NCBI GenBank assembly: GCA_027309555.1
Contig: DAIDCO010000003.1
Coordinates: 6,737-70,736, forward strand
DNA: 64,000 nucleotides
Source of the DNA: a bacterium
Lineage (GTDB): Archaea > Thermoplasmatota > Thermoplasmata > Lutacidiplasmatales > UBA184
Reading direction: 5' to 3'
Below are positions 49,402 to 59,387 of the stretch, in pieces. The position numbers and the translations under genes are program-made. A model generated the notes under the pieces. It saw nothing but the letters and a program-made list of their open reading frames with translations. It made no database searches and was not told the DNA's origin. How positions within the stretch are numbered: position 1 is the first letter of the stretch; every line of letters starts with the position of its first letter.

Positions 49402-49605
49402 ATGCGGATGGCGGAGGCCGTCGCAGTCGGGCTCGTGACGGCCTTCTGGATACTAATCGACCTCTGGCTTCTGCTCAATCCCGACATTGCGGACGGTCTT
49501 GCTGGGAATCTAGGCACGTCCGCGATCGTCCTCGAATTGGGTGTCCTACTCCTCGGAGGTCTTGCCACATGGACGACACACTGGGCGGCCGAAAATCTGG
49601 ACTGA
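49402..49605 (+). CDS. small membrane protein
   Basis: 67 aa with two hydrophobic helices. Confidence 0.3.
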   Translation: MRMAEAVAVGLVTAFWILIDLWLLLNPDIADGLAGNLGTSAIVLELGVLLLGGLATWTTHWAAENLD

Positions 49606-49711
49606 ACTACGGGTCGGCCATTCTCGGTGGGAAACTACAACTCGCAGAGGTCTCTTGGTCCCGCAACGGCCCAAGCTCGCGGGCTCGAACTGCCATGAGT
49701 CCGCCATTGAT

Positions 49712-49933
49712 TCAGGCCCCCTGCTTTGAGGAGGGGCCCCTCGAAGCCGTGGCGTGAACGACTCCGATCGCCTCGCGGAAGTCTCGGTTCTTCCGTTCTC
49801 CCGTCTCCCGGAGCGCCGTCTCGGCGAGTTTCTTGAGATCCTCCGGGACGTCCCTCCTCGACTTGATCGAGTCGTAGAACATGAGGGCCATCTCTCTCGC
49901 GCCGTCCCAGTACTCCCTATCGAACCGATTCAT
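49712..49933 (-). CDS. small hypothetical protein
   Basis: MNRFDREYWDGAREMALMFYDSIKSRRDVPEDLKKLAETALRETGERKNRDF. About 73 aa, helical and charged. Confidence 0.3.
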   Translation of the reverse strand: MNRFDREYWDGAREMALMFYDSIKSRRDVPEDLKKLAETALRETGERKNRDFREAIGVVHATASRGPSSKQGA

Positions 49934-50098
49934 GATGAACCACCTTCTGGGACTCGGATTGTATGCGCGGGCGCATATCACCCACACCGGGAGTTCCTGA
50001 AACACCTCCCCCGTCAGCGCATCCGAGCCTGTCGAGGGGGTCCCGTTTCAGGCCCGGCTCCATTCGAGCCCAGCCCCCTTGGAAGCCTACTCGACGTT

Positions 50099-50944
50099 CT
50101 ATCCCTTCCCTGACAGCCTCCGTCTTACCATGACCGCTCCCGACGTCCTTGGTGGCGGTCGTTCAAGCTCGTACTTCCCAGGAATCGCCTCCAGGAGGTC
50201 CCCCAGCTTGCTCTTTCCGAAGGTGCGCGGATCGAAGGCAGGATCGAGCTTCAGCAACGCGTTGCCCAGCTCCGCCAGGTGACAGTATCCGTCCTCCCCG
50301 ACAACTGAGTCAAAGGCCTTATCGATGAGCTCGAAGGCTTCGGTCGAGGCCCGACGACCGCCAGGACCTTCTGTCAGGGCCGAGGCACTCGGGGTCGTCG
50401 CAGAGGAAGGCCTCCTCGACCTCGCAGGCGGCGGGCTCTCTCTGCGAGATCCAATCAGGTTCTCGGTGGCCACGAACACGTTGCATGCGTTTCTGAACGC
50501 GGGAGGGGTCTGGGCCCTACCGATCCCCACGACGAACATGCCAGACTCGCGAAGCCGGGTGGCCAATCTCGTGAAGTCCGAGTCAGACGATACGATGCAA
50601 AATCCTCTGACCCTGCCGCTGTGCAGGATGTCCATGGCATCGATGATCAGCGCGCTATCGGTGGCATTCTTCCCTGAAACCGCGGTGAACTGCTGAACCG
50701 GGACCAGCGCATGCTCCTGAACCGTGGGTCGCCAGGAGGAGAGCTTACCGGAGGCCCAGTCGCCATAGATCCGTCGGATCTCAACTGACCCGTACTTCGC
50801 TGCCTCGGCGAGCATCTCACCGACGAGCCCGGCGGACGCATTGTCTCCATCCACGAGGAAGGCGAGAGGGAGCGATCGAGAATGCGTTACGAGCTCGAGG
50901 GTACCCGGCTCGGCATCGGGAGGCATGGGCCTGGCGATGCACAT
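50099..50944 (-). CDS. NYN (LabA-like PIN) nuclease domain protein with C-terminal OST-HTH/LOTUS domain
   Basis: LAFLVDGDNA (NYN Asp cluster), IVSSDSDF, and a C-terminal OST-HTH-like segment (GYCHLAELGNALLKLDPAFDPRTFGKSKLGDLLEAIP). Confidence 0.6.
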   Translation of the reverse strand: MCIARPMPPDAEPGTLELVTHSRSLPLAFLVDGDNASAGLVGEMLAEAAKYGSVEIRRIYGDWASGKLSSWRPTVQEHALVPVQQFTAVSGKNATDSALIIDAMDILHSGRVRGFCIVSSDSDFTRLATRLRESGMFVVGIGRAQTPPAFRNACNVFVATENLIGSRRESPPPARSRRPSSATTPSASALTEGPGGRRASTEAFELIDKAFDSVVGEDGYCHLAELGNALLKLDPAFDPRTFGKSKLGDLLEAIPGKYELERPPPRTSGAVMVRRRLSGKG

Positions 50945-51172
50945 GAACGTGATGAAACTTACACACCTCGGCGTTGGCCCATGACGGATGGGTCCGGGCC
51001 CGACTCAATTCGGGCCGCCGTCCACGACCTTCTCCGAAGTGGCGTACACGAATAGCTACAACAGTTACTTCTGTACGCGAATGTGAAATATACCTCGGCG
51101 TCGATGATCACCCTCGGGCGAGGCGGGCGGAATCCTGGGTGAGGCGTTGCCGCCCGACCTCGTCCCCGTACC

Positions 51173-53863
51173 ATGAAAGGGAAAGGCGAGACCGGAAGCG
51201 CGACCAAGAGCCGAACGTTCAAGCTCCGAGGCTGGAAACTCCCTCGGGTCGCCAGGGACCGTTGGTGGGCGGCGCCAGTCGCCCTCCTCGTGGTGGCCGC
51301 GATCCTCGCGACCTCGGTCGTCCTCCTCACGGGAGGCACCCGGGTCGTTCAGGAGGAGTGGTCGGCGATCAACCTCTCCCTCGGGTCGAATCCGCTCTCG
51401 CAGCAGCTGAACATCACCTTCGCGAGGGTCAGCTACCTCGACCAGCCCACCCAGTGGAACACGACCGGCTTCCTCAACGCCTCCCTGAGCGCGAACGGAG
51501 CCTGGCTCGACAACACCAGCAGCTACGGGACCCACTACGGGATCGCTCAGGTCAACTCGACCTCGACCGGCACCACGGCGCTCGCCAGCTGGCCGCTCTC
51601 TTCCTACCTCGGCGCGAACGTCAGCTACGCCTTCCTCGACCAGCGGGTCGCGCTCAACGGCACCGGGACCACCTGGCAGCTCGTCCTCTCCGAGGCTCAG
51701 CAGACGGGTCAGGTCTCTACGTCCGGCAACGTCACGAATGGGGCGGCCGGGGCTACCCAGAACGAGGTCTGGGTCCAGGCCTTCTACTCCGCGGGGAACT
51801 TCAGCTTCCTCGCCTACGACTGGGAGGAGAAGCCCGGCGGCTTCCAGACCGTCACCACCTACACCTTCCCCTCGAACGTCGGGGCGCCTCCGCTCCAGTT
51901 CTTCGAGGTCTACGTCTACGCCCAACCCCTCCAGACGGTCGTCAGCATCGTCAACACGACCAACGGAGCCGTGATCGGCTCGACCCCCGCGATGCACCCG
52001 GTCCTCGATGAGAACCTCACGAAGATCGGCTACCTCGGCGACACGCTCACCGCGGCGGCCTCGAGCGTCGACTCAGCGATGATCCTCGACTCCGCGTTCT
52101 TCGTCGACCACAATACCTACGCGAACGCCCCGGGAGCCTCGACCGCCGCGATCCCGATGGTCGCGGGCTCGGTGTCGATCCCCAACGCCGCTCCCTTCGA
52201 CCCGGCGTCCGTGGCCACTCACTGGCTCAATCCGCCGAACTCCCAGAACAGCTACTCGAGTCTCACGGGGTCCCTCTCCGACTTCCCGAGCGTGGTGAAC
52301 TCCTCCTCGTCGGCGAGCGAAACGAGCTCGCTGATCAACGCGACGGCGATCCTGAACTCGACCACGACGGCGAGCGAGGCCGGCGCCGCGGGCACCCTCG
52401 CCACGATCCGCTCCACTCCCGAGGACCAGACGGACGCAGTCAGTTCGACGGCCTACGCGACGACCTGGACTCCCCAGACGATCCAGAGCCAGATCCACTC
52501 CTTCCTGACGAACTACATCTCGGCGAACACCGGGGTCCCGGCCGCCGACATCGAGATCCCGGGCATGCTCGTCTCGAACATCGCCGTCTGGACCCAGTTC
52601 TCGAGCCAAGCGGCGAGCACGATCCACGACTACCTCGCGAGCGCCATTCCCGGGTTCCTCCAGTCGAACAACCTCGCGCTGGTCAACCGGACCACGGGCG
52701 CCATCGACGCGGGCGCCGACATCGGTGAGTTCATGGACCTCTCCACGGGAGCGGTCTATGCGGGTCAGACCAACGACTTCGGTGGGGTATTCGACCCGGT
52801 CGACCACCAGTGGTATGCGAGCGCCGAGGCGGCGGGATTCCCGTCCGGCTCGGGAGTCGGCGCGTCCGGGGCGATCTTCGTCCCCGGGCAGGCCGCGTTC
52901 CTCGGATGGGCCGCGAATGGCGAACCCGAGTTCGGAGTCGGGGGTTGTTTCATCGTCTGTCTCGGCTCGGCGCTCACCGGCGCCGCCTCCGCCGTCTCGA
53001 ACTTCGTCGGCTCCGCCGCGAGCACCGTGAGCAACGCCGTGGGTGGCGTCACGAACACGGTCTCCAACGACGTCATCAAGCCGGTCTCGGGAACCCTCGG
53101 AGGCGACCTCAGCGGCGTCTCGACCGACGTCTCGAAGGCCGTCGACCAGGTGATGCCGTTCTTCGGCGGAACGATCGCGAACATCGGCGGAGCCGTCCAG
53201 GGAACCCTCAGCCACACGCTGAGCGGCATCACGAGCGGGATCGGTTCCGCCGCGAGCGGAGCGGCGGGAGCCATCCTCTCGGGCGTCAACTCGATCTCGA
53301 ACACGATCTACCACGTCGGTGCCGCCGCGGGGTCCGCCATCGGCAGCCTGCCCGGGGAGATCCAGAGCGGGCTCAACGTCGTGGGCAACACCGTGGGAAA
53401 GGTCGTCAGCACCTCCGCGGCTGTTCTGTCGAGCGCCTTCACCACCGCCAGGAACGTGGCGGGTGACGTCGGCAGTGCGATCCTGAACGGCGGCAAGAGC
53501 CTCCTCAGCCTCGCCGGGAACGCCGCCGGCGCCGTGGCCGGCGCGCTCAACACGGTCGGGAGCGCCATCGTGAATGGGGCCTCGGGCGCCCTGAGCTGGG
53601 TCGAGAACGCCTTCGGGACGGCGGGCGCCGACATCATGAACGCGATCAAGGCGATCGGCGGAGCGCTGAATCCGTTCAGTTGGTTCTCGGGATTCTCCTC
53701 GCAGGTCGCCCAGATCCTCGAATACGTCGTGATCGGAGTCGTCGCGTTCGTCCTCGTCTTCGCGATCGTGTTCTTCCTGCACCGTCGGTCGAAGAAGCAC
53801 GGCTCGCGGCAGCGGGGCGGGGAGCGCGGGCGGCACCGCAGCCGACACGCCCACCGGGCGTGA
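51173..53863 (+). CDS. large surface protein with N- and C-terminal TM segments and Gly/Ala/Ser/Val-rich periodic repeats
   Basis: 896 aa. N-terminal TM (WWAAPVALLVVAAILATSVVLL), N-glyc-sequon-rich ectodomain, repeated G-x-A-x-x-V/S-x-x-x-V modules (about aa 600-840), C-terminal TM plus basic tail. Confidence 0.55.
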   Translation: MKGKGETGSATKSRTFKLRGWKLPRVARDRWWAAPVALLVVAAILATSVVLLTGGTRVVQEEWSAINLSLGSNPLSQQLNITFARVSYLDQPTQWNTTGFLNASLSANGAWLDNTSSYGTHYGIAQVNSTSTGTTALASWPLSSYLGANVSYAFLDQRVALNGTGTTWQLVLSEAQQTGQVSTSGNVTNGAAGATQNEVWVQAFYSAGNFSFLAYDWEEKPGGFQTVTTYTFPSNVGAPPLQFFEVYVYAQPLQTVVSIVNTTNGAVIGSTPAMHPVLDENLTKIGYLGDTLTAAASSVDSAMILDSAFFVDHNTYANAPGASTAAIPMVAGSVSIPNAAPFDPASVATHWLNPPNSQNSYSSLTGSLSDFPSVVNSSSSASETSSLINATAILNSTTTASEAGAAGTLATIRSTPEDQTDAVSSTAYATTWTPQTIQSQIHSFLTNYISANTGVPAADIEIPGMLVSNIAVWTQFSSQAASTIHDYLASAIPGFLQSNNLALVNRTTGAIDAGADIGEFMDLSTGAVYAGQTNDFGGVFDPVDHQWYASAEAAGFPSGSGVGASGAIFVPGQAAFLGWAANGEPEFGVGGCFIVCLGSALTGAASAVSNFVGSAASTVSNAVGGVTNTVSNDVIKPVSGTLGGDLSGVSTDVSKAVDQVMPFFGGTIANIGGAVQGTLSHTLSGITSGIGSAASGAAGAILSGVNSISNTIYHVGAAAGSAIGSLPGEIQSGLNVVGNTVGKVVSTSAAVLSSAFTTARNVAGDVGSAILNGGKSLLSLAGNAAGAVAGALNTVGSAIVNGASGALSWVENAFGTAGADIMNAIKAIGGALNPFSWFSGFSSQVAQILEYVVIGVVAFVLVFAIVFFLHRRSKKHGSRQRGGERGRHRSRHAHRA

Positions 53864-53890
53864 GGGCGCCCGGAGGGTCGGTGTTCGGAG

Positions 53891-54379
53891 ATGGCCCAGT
53901 CGAGCAGCCAGGGGAAGCACGCACGAGGTGGAGGATGGAGCGGTATCCTTGGTCTGTTCTTCCTGATCCTGGTCGTCGAACTCGTCCTGGACGTCGTGCT
54001 CCTCCCCGCGGATGTGGTGATCGTCCCGGCGGAGCTGATCGGGGACGCGCTGTTCCTCGCGGTCGGCGTCGGTGGCGCCTTCATGGCGGGCCGGGGGACT
54101 GGAAGGTCGATCCGGCCGCCTCCTCGCTCCTCGCGGTCCCTGCAGGGAAACCGGAAGGCGATCGCGGACTCGGGAGCGGCGCTGGTCCTCGGCTACTGGA
54201 CCTTCGTGGTGGCGATCCTCGCCTTCCAGTGGTGGTTCGCCGTCCACCACCCGATCCTGAACATCCTGACCTTCCCCTTCGAGCTCGTCTTCGACGTCCT
54301 GCTGTTCATGGCGGGAGTCCTGGTCACGCTCTTCGGGGTCTCCCGGAGGTCATCGGATTCCCGGGAGGTCGGCTCGTGA
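53891..54379 (+). CDS. small polytopic membrane protein
   Basis: 162 aa, 4 predicted TM helices. Confidence 0.4.
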   Translation: MAQSSSQGKHARGGGWSGILGLFFLILVVELVLDVVLLPADVVIVPAELIGDALFLAVGVGGAFMAGRGTGRSIRPPPRSSRSLQGNRKAIADSGAALVLGYWTFVVAILAFQWWFAVHHPILNILTFPFELVFDVLLFMAGVLVTLFGVSRRSSDSREVGS

Positions 54380-56103
54380 AGCCCTCCCTCGCGCTCGTCC
54401 TTGTCACCGTTCTGGTGGTCTCGGCGCTGGCCGTGCCGGGTCCGGCGGCCCCGGCGGCCGTCGGGTCCTCCCACGCCGTCGTGACCCCGGCCTCGACCCC
54501 TTCCACGGTGTCCTGGACGGCTTCCGAATACTGCGCGAGCGACGCCCGCCCGGGATTCCTTGGATTCGTGGTGCCGTACTGTCCCGTCGGTGCCGGCTAC
54601 GCCGCACCGCCCGTGACGATGTACAACGTGACGGGGGCGACCACCGGGGTTCCGGTGTGGACGTCCGCGGCGAACAACTCGAGCGGAGAGGTCGTGATCC
54701 TCGCCAACAGCGTGCTCACGCAGCCGACCGCCCAGCCCGTCTACGACTTCCCGACGATGTGGGCCTACCTACCGTACCGTGGGTGGCTCAATCTCACGGC
54801 GGCCAGCTCTCTCGGGACGACTGCGGGAACGCTGGGCTACGACCTCAGCGTCTCCGGCGGCTGCATGGCGTGGGATCCCGCCGAGCACTACTTCCTCGCC
54901 GTCGCGGGTCAGGACAGGGCCAGCGGCAACGGGTGGACGTTCACCTACGCGCCGGGGTCGAGTCCGCTCCCCGGGGGGACGTGGACCAACCGGAGCGGCG
55001 AGGTCATCGGCTGGTCGATGACCAGCTGCGAGATGGCCTGGGACCCCCCGACCCAGGAGATGCTCCTCTACGGGCCCACGCTCGGAGGAACGGGCGCGGA
55101 CTTCTGGTACTGGTCGGGCAACGGCGGTTGGGCGGGGAGTTATCCGACGTCGAGCTACGGGGGCCCTCCCTGTGCCTTCAACGCCACCGTCGCCTACGAC
55201 CCGGTCTCGCAGAAGGTCGTCTTCTTCGGCGGCGACACGGCGGGCTGCACGAGCCAGCCGAGCCCGGTGCTCTCCTACACCTACGCGTGGACCGGGTCCG
55301 TCAGCTGGAGCAACCTGACGTCGAGCCTGACGGTGACTCCGCCCGGGCGCGAGTGGGCGACGTTCTCGACCACGGCCTTCGGGGCCGTCCTGATGGGAGG
55401 CGATGCCTCCCCCACCAATCCGACCGCGGGAGTCCTCAACGACACCTGGCTCTTCGACGGCCAGTGGGTCCCGGAGTCGCTGGCACTCTCGGCAGGGAGC
55501 GGGACGTTCTGCCCCCGCTACGCTGCCTCCGAGGGCTCGCTGAACGCCACCGCCTTCCTCCTGTTCGGCGGCGGGACGACCGGCACGGGAAGCTGTGCCC
55601 CCCAGCCCTTCATCGGCGGTCTCTACGCCCTCAACGACACCTGGACGGTGTCCGGAGTGGCACTCCCGCCCTCGAACCCCCAGGAGAACCAGACGGGGCT
55701 TCCCTGCACCGACGCCCAGCTGAGCTGGACGAACCCGCCGCCTCCCTACGGCCTGTCGCTCGTCAACGACACCGTCTACCTCTACGGAGCCTCGGGCACG
55801 CTCGTTCAGACGATCAGCACCAACGGTCCCACCACCTCGGTGGTGGTCACGGGACTCACCTGCGGTGCCTCCTACACGTTCCGGGTCCGCGGCTGGTTCT
55901 CCGATGGAGCGCCTTCACCGCTCTCGGCCGCTCTCAGCTTCCTGACCGGCAGCGCGGCCGGGAACGGGCAGGGAGGCGGAGGCAACTCGGGAAACGGGGC
56001 GGACCTCACGCTCATCGTGGTCGGCGTGGCCGTGGCGGCCGTCGCGGTCGTGATCGTCGGCCTGTCGTTCCGCCGACGGCGGTCCGGGGGCCGGGAGAGG
56101 TAG
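54376..56103 (+). CDS. secreted Kelch-repeat / FN3-like protein with C-terminal TM anchor
   Basis: GTG overlapping the upstream stop (GTGA). Signal peptide, several W..G/DTW repeats, FN3-like PSNPQEN...SYTFRVRGW, C-terminal TM plus RRRRS. Confidence 0.6.
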   Translation: MKPSLALVLVTVLVVSALAVPGPAAPAAVGSSHAVVTPASTPSTVSWTASEYCASDARPGFLGFVVPYCPVGAGYAAPPVTMYNVTGATTGVPVWTSAANNSSGEVVILANSVLTQPTAQPVYDFPTMWAYLPYRGWLNLTAASSLGTTAGTLGYDLSVSGGCMAWDPAEHYFLAVAGQDRASGNGWTFTYAPGSSPLPGGTWTNRSGEVIGWSMTSCEMAWDPPTQEMLLYGPTLGGTGADFWYWSGNGGWAGSYPTSSYGGPPCAFNATVAYDPVSQKVVFFGGDTAGCTSQPSPVLSYTYAWTGSVSWSNLTSSLTVTPPGREWATFSTTAFGAVLMGGDASPTNPTAGVLNDTWLFDGQWVPESLALSAGSGTFCPRYAASEGSLNATAFLLFGGGTTGTGSCAPQPFIGGLYALNDTWTVSGVALPPSNPQENQTGLPCTDAQLSWTNPPPPYGLSLVNDTVYLYGASGTLVQTISTNGPTTSVVVTGLTCGASYTFRVRGWFSDGAPSPLSAALSFLTGSAAGNGQGGGGNSGNGADLTLIVVGVAVAAVAVVIVGLSFRRRRSGGRER

Positions 56104-56107
56104 GAAG

Positions 56108-57205
56108 ATGGCGCTGTTCGCTTCCGACCCCGTCGAACGCGAGGCCGTCCGCCTCGGCCGGGTCCACGAGGTGCCCGCGGAGATCCACTACTCGAGCGGT
56201 TCCGACCGCTGGTGGTATCACGGCCCGCTCTGGGTGCAGGAGACCCGACCGGTCCACGAGTGGGAGTTCAGCCCCGCGCTCCGGGACCCCCGAAACCGGC
56301 TCGTTCTCCGACTCATCAAGAAGGGCTGGACCGACGAGCGGATCGCCGCCGAGCTGGTCTCCGAGGTCCGGCTGACGGAACCGCTGACTCCCGAAGAGGA
56401 GCGCGCCGCGCTGCGTAGCGCGACCGTCGTGGTACGGGAGGTCCGCCGGGCTTCGGGACGCGCCCACGAGCCCCACGTCCTGCGAATCTACGGCCTCAAG
56501 AACGCCTCGAAGACCGACGAGCGGATCCTGGTGACCATCGACCAGGACCTGGTCCACGAGGCGCCGATGGTCCCGTTCACTCGGACCGAGAAGGGAAGCC
56601 GACGCCTCCAGTTCGCCATGATGGCGGCGATGGCGATCATCGACGCGATCTTCCTCTACGCGATGGTCTCCTTCGTCAACGCCGGACCGTCGTTTGCCGT
56701 CAACGCGGGACAGATCCAGCAGCTTTCCCTCTCCTTCGGCCAGCTGATCGCCCTTCCCTCGGTCATCCTCGTGACCTACGTCCTGATGGCACGGAGAACG
56801 CTCGTTCTCGACCTCGAGATCCAACCCGTCGTCGAGGACCTCGAGGACACCCACAGCGAGGCCGTCTACCTCGTCAACTCGGAGAAGACCCCGGCGTCGA
56901 CGTATCTGTCGCGGACGTTCCGGCTCGATCCGGCCGCCGTCCGGAGCCTGACCGAGGAAATTGCGCGGTTCCAGTCCGACACGATCGCGAACCTGCAGGA
57001 ACAGTCCCGCTCGCTGCGGACCGAGCTCGACTCGGCGAAGGTGCTCGGCGGCGAGGCGTGGAGCCAGTCGACGGACCTCAAGGCGCTCGACCAGCGCCAC
57101 CTCCCGTCGATCCACCACGATCCTCTCGGGACGTGGGTCCTCGTCGGGATCGTCGCCACGGTGGTCGGCGTGGTCGTCTGGGCGGCCATGGCCGCGGGGG
57201 TGTGA
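56108..57205 (+). CDS. membrane protein, unknown function
   Basis: 365 aa. Soluble N-domain, central TM helices, C-terminal TM. Confidence 0.45.
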   Translation: MALFASDPVEREAVRLGRVHEVPAEIHYSSGSDRWWYHGPLWVQETRPVHEWEFSPALRDPRNRLVLRLIKKGWTDERIAAELVSEVRLTEPLTPEEERAALRSATVVVREVRRASGRAHEPHVLRIYGLKNASKTDERILVTIDQDLVHEAPMVPFTRTEKGSRRLQFAMMAAMAIIDAIFLYAMVSFVNAGPSFAVNAGQIQQLSLSFGQLIALPSVILVTYVLMARRTLVLDLEIQPVVEDLEDTHSEAVYLVNSEKTPASTYLSRTFRLDPAAVRSLTEEIARFQSDTIANLQEQSRSLRTELDSAKVLGGEAWSQSTDLKALDQRHLPSIHHDPLGTWVLVGIVATVVGVVVWAAMAAGV

Positions 57206-57208
57206 CCG

Positions 57209-57916
57209 ATGCCTCGGGAAACCTTCGTCGGGGTCGTCCTCGTGGCGGTCCTGACCGTTCTCTCGCTCGGCTCCCCGCTCCTGGGGACGGCTCGCGCGGC
57301 CGGCTCCTCCGCCTCCGCGGTCGAGTACTATCGGCTCGACCCCGGCACGCCCACCGAGGAGTCCTCCACCTACGCTCTTCCGATCTTCGTCGTCGCCGAG
57401 CCGGTCGGTTCCGTGGCGAACCGGTCCGTGACTCAGCAGGCGTGGCAGGGTCTCCAGGTCGTCGAGGTGGGCACTCCCACCGTCCCGTTCCTCAACTGGT
57501 CGGTGCCCGACTGGTCGACGGGAGCGTTCGAGCTGGCCCTCTCGCTGACAGCCGAGGAGGTCCATGCCATCGTGGGAGGGCAGGCGATCCTCGCCCTCAA
57601 CTCCTCGATCCGGGTCGGTTCTACGGTCGTCGGCGCCGCCGGGATCATCGACGGCGCGGTCCTCGACTCGGCCACCGTCGTCGGCTCCTGGTGGAGCGCG
57701 GTCTTCGGCATGTCGACACCGCCTCCCGACCCCACGTTGTCCTCGCTCCCCGGCATCCTCGACGACCTCGCTTGGTTCGGAGCCTCCACCGCGGGCCGTG
57801 CGACGTATGCCGCCACGACCATCGTCGCCGTCCTGCTCTACCTCTGGGAGGGCCACAAGCTCGCCCGGGCCAAGCTGTCGGGCGACCCGTCCCGGTCCCG
57901 TCGGGAGGCAATCTGA
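57209..57916 (+). CDS. secreted/membrane protein, unknown function
   Basis: 235 aa. N-terminal signal/TM and C-terminal TM. Confidence 0.45.
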   Translation: MPRETFVGVVLVAVLTVLSLGSPLLGTARAAGSSASAVEYYRLDPGTPTEESSTYALPIFVVAEPVGSVANRSVTQQAWQGLQVVEVGTPTVPFLNWSVPDWSTGAFELALSLTAEEVHAIVGGQAILALNSSIRVGSTVVGAAGIIDGAVLDSATVVGSWWSAVFGMSTPPPDPTLSSLPGILDDLAWFGASTAGRATYAATTIVAVLLYLWEGHKLARAKLSGDPSRSRREAI

Positions 57917-58206
57917 TGGCGCTCGGAGCGGACCTCCTGCTCGCCGTCGCCTTCCTCGCCGCCGTCGGGCTCCTCTTCACGATCGCGACCGCGCTGAAGA
58001 ACTGGGTCTTCGAGCTCAGCCCCCGCGAGTGGGGCTACTCGGCGATCCTGACGTTCAGCCTCGGCGTCCTCGCCGCCGCCTACCTCGACGGCGACGGGAC
58101 CCTCGAGCTTCTCGCGATGGTGCCGATCTTCCTCGCGGTCGTCTGGTGGGTCGCAAGGCTCTGGCGGCGCCACCAGGGCCGGGCGGCCCGCGGGACGGAG
58201 ACGTAG
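57916..58206 (+). CDS. small membrane protein
   Basis: ATG overlaps the upstream stop (TGATG). 3 TM helices. Confidence 0.4.
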   Translation: MALGADLLLAVAFLAAVGLLFTIATALKNWVFELSPREWGYSAILTFSLGVLAAAYLDGDGTLELLAMVPIFLAVVWWVARLWRRHQGRAARGTET

Positions 58207-58207
58207 C

Positions 58208-58969
58208 ATGGCGTCCATCGCTCCCAGCCGGGACCGGCCGCCGACCGTCCTCGACACCGGGGAACGCTGGCGCCTTGCGTTCTGGGAGAAGCACAGCCAT
58301 GCGATCCAGTCGGACCTTCTCGAGATCACCGGCTGGTTGGGCCGCTCCCCGGACCGGGAGGTGCTGACCGAGGCCGGTGGCAAGGTCCGGTTCGTCCGGG
58401 CCGGGACGGCTCCGGCCAGCGTGCTCTTCCGGGTCCCTCGGGAAGGCACCCGTGCCTACCAGAACTGGGAGTGGTGCCTCGGCTACCTCCGGATGGAGCA
58501 GAGCCGCCGATGGCTCGTCCGGCAGCAGGTCGAGGAGGCGGAACGGGCTCTCCAGGACGCGGAGGAGGAGCTGAAGGCACTCCGCGGCCGCCATCGGAAA
58601 CTCGATTCCCGTCTCCGGTCGCTGGCGGAGCGCGCGCGTGCCGGCGCCCGCTCGGGTTCCGGGCAGCAGCCGAACGGGCCGCTGGCGCAACTCCAGGCCG
58701 GTATGGCCGAGGCCCGGGAGAATCTCGCGGTCTACCGGGTCGCCGAGCGGCATCGGGACACGATCCGGCTCCGACTCGAAGGGTATCGGGACCACCTCGT
58801 CCCGCGAGTCTACCCGGGGCTCTGGGCCCGGGTCAACGCGTTCCTCGACATGCAGGCGCTCTCGGTGGCCAACGTGGCGAGCGAGGAGTTCCGCCGCCAC
58901 CCGCAGCTCGCCGCCCGGTGGGCCGACCGCAGGGAACAGGCTCTCGCGGAGGATGAGAGTCTTGACTGA
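58208..58969 (+). CDS. hypothetical soluble protein with central coiled coil
   Basis: 253 aa. QQVEEAERALQDAEEELKALRGRHRKLDSRLRSLAERA. Confidence 0.45.
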   Translation: MASIAPSRDRPPTVLDTGERWRLAFWEKHSHAIQSDLLEITGWLGRSPDREVLTEAGGKVRFVRAGTAPASVLFRVPREGTRAYQNWEWCLGYLRMEQSRRWLVRQQVEEAERALQDAEEELKALRGRHRKLDSRLRSLAERARAGARSGSGQQPNGPLAQLQAGMAEARENLAVYRVAERHRDTIRLRLEGYRDHLVPRVYPGLWARVNAFLDMQALSVANVASEEFRRHPQLAARWADRREQALAEDESLD

Positions 58970-59387
58970 CCCCGTCACCTCTCCGCCTTCCGCGGAGGAG
59001 TTCAAGCGGATCCCATCCGGAAAACGCCTCTACGGACTGCTCCTCTCCGCCACCGACGAGATCACCCTCAACCACGCAACGCCCGGGGTCTCGTTCTCCT
59101 ATCCGATCCTCGGCGAGCTCGCGAGCGACCTCCTGGTCCTCGCGGAGACCGAGCTCGAGAAGGGTTCCAGCGACTCGTCGACCCAGCTCCTCGCCGAGTG
59201 GAAGTCGCTTGACGAGCATCTCGGCTCGGCAGAGGCGCGAAACTGGGAGGTCGACGCTCCGGAGGCCCGGATCCGCCTGACCTGTCTCAAGCGCTACCTG
59301 CTCCGCTCCGGCCTCATGGCGCAGCGCGAGGCGGAGGCGGACGCGCCGGACCGGTATCTCGTCCGTGAGGAGGTTCCCGGAGCATGA
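58953..59387 (+). CDS. hypothetical protein
   Basis: 144 aa. Start overlaps the upstream gene end. Acidic helical protein. Confidence 0.4.
   Translation: MRVLTDPVTSPPSAEEFKRIPSGKRLYGLLLSATDEITLNHATPGVSFSYPILGELASDLLVLAETELEKGSSDSSTQLLAEWKSLDEHLGSAEARNWEVDAPEARIRLTCLKRYLLRSGLMAQREAEADAPDRYLVREEVPGA

Larger units (their letters stand above)
40835..51100. mobile_element. putative integrated element / genomic island (integrase, RecT-like, RHH regulators, TcmP-DUF5131, type IIG RM, NYN)
   Basis: An integrase and phage-type recombination genes, followed by a block of visibly lower GC (about 55-60%, against about 70% in the flanks) carrying modification and defence-type genes. No att repeats could be identified by eye. 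Confidence 0.45.

Noticed and set aside
52073-54250. 725-aa minus-strand ORF
   Set aside because: Antisense shadow of the 896-aa surface-protein gene; the Arg/Asp/Gly-rich translation is a shadow-frame artefact.
56012-57856. 614-aa minus-strand ORF
   Set aside because: Antisense shadow of the plus-strand membrane-protein genes.
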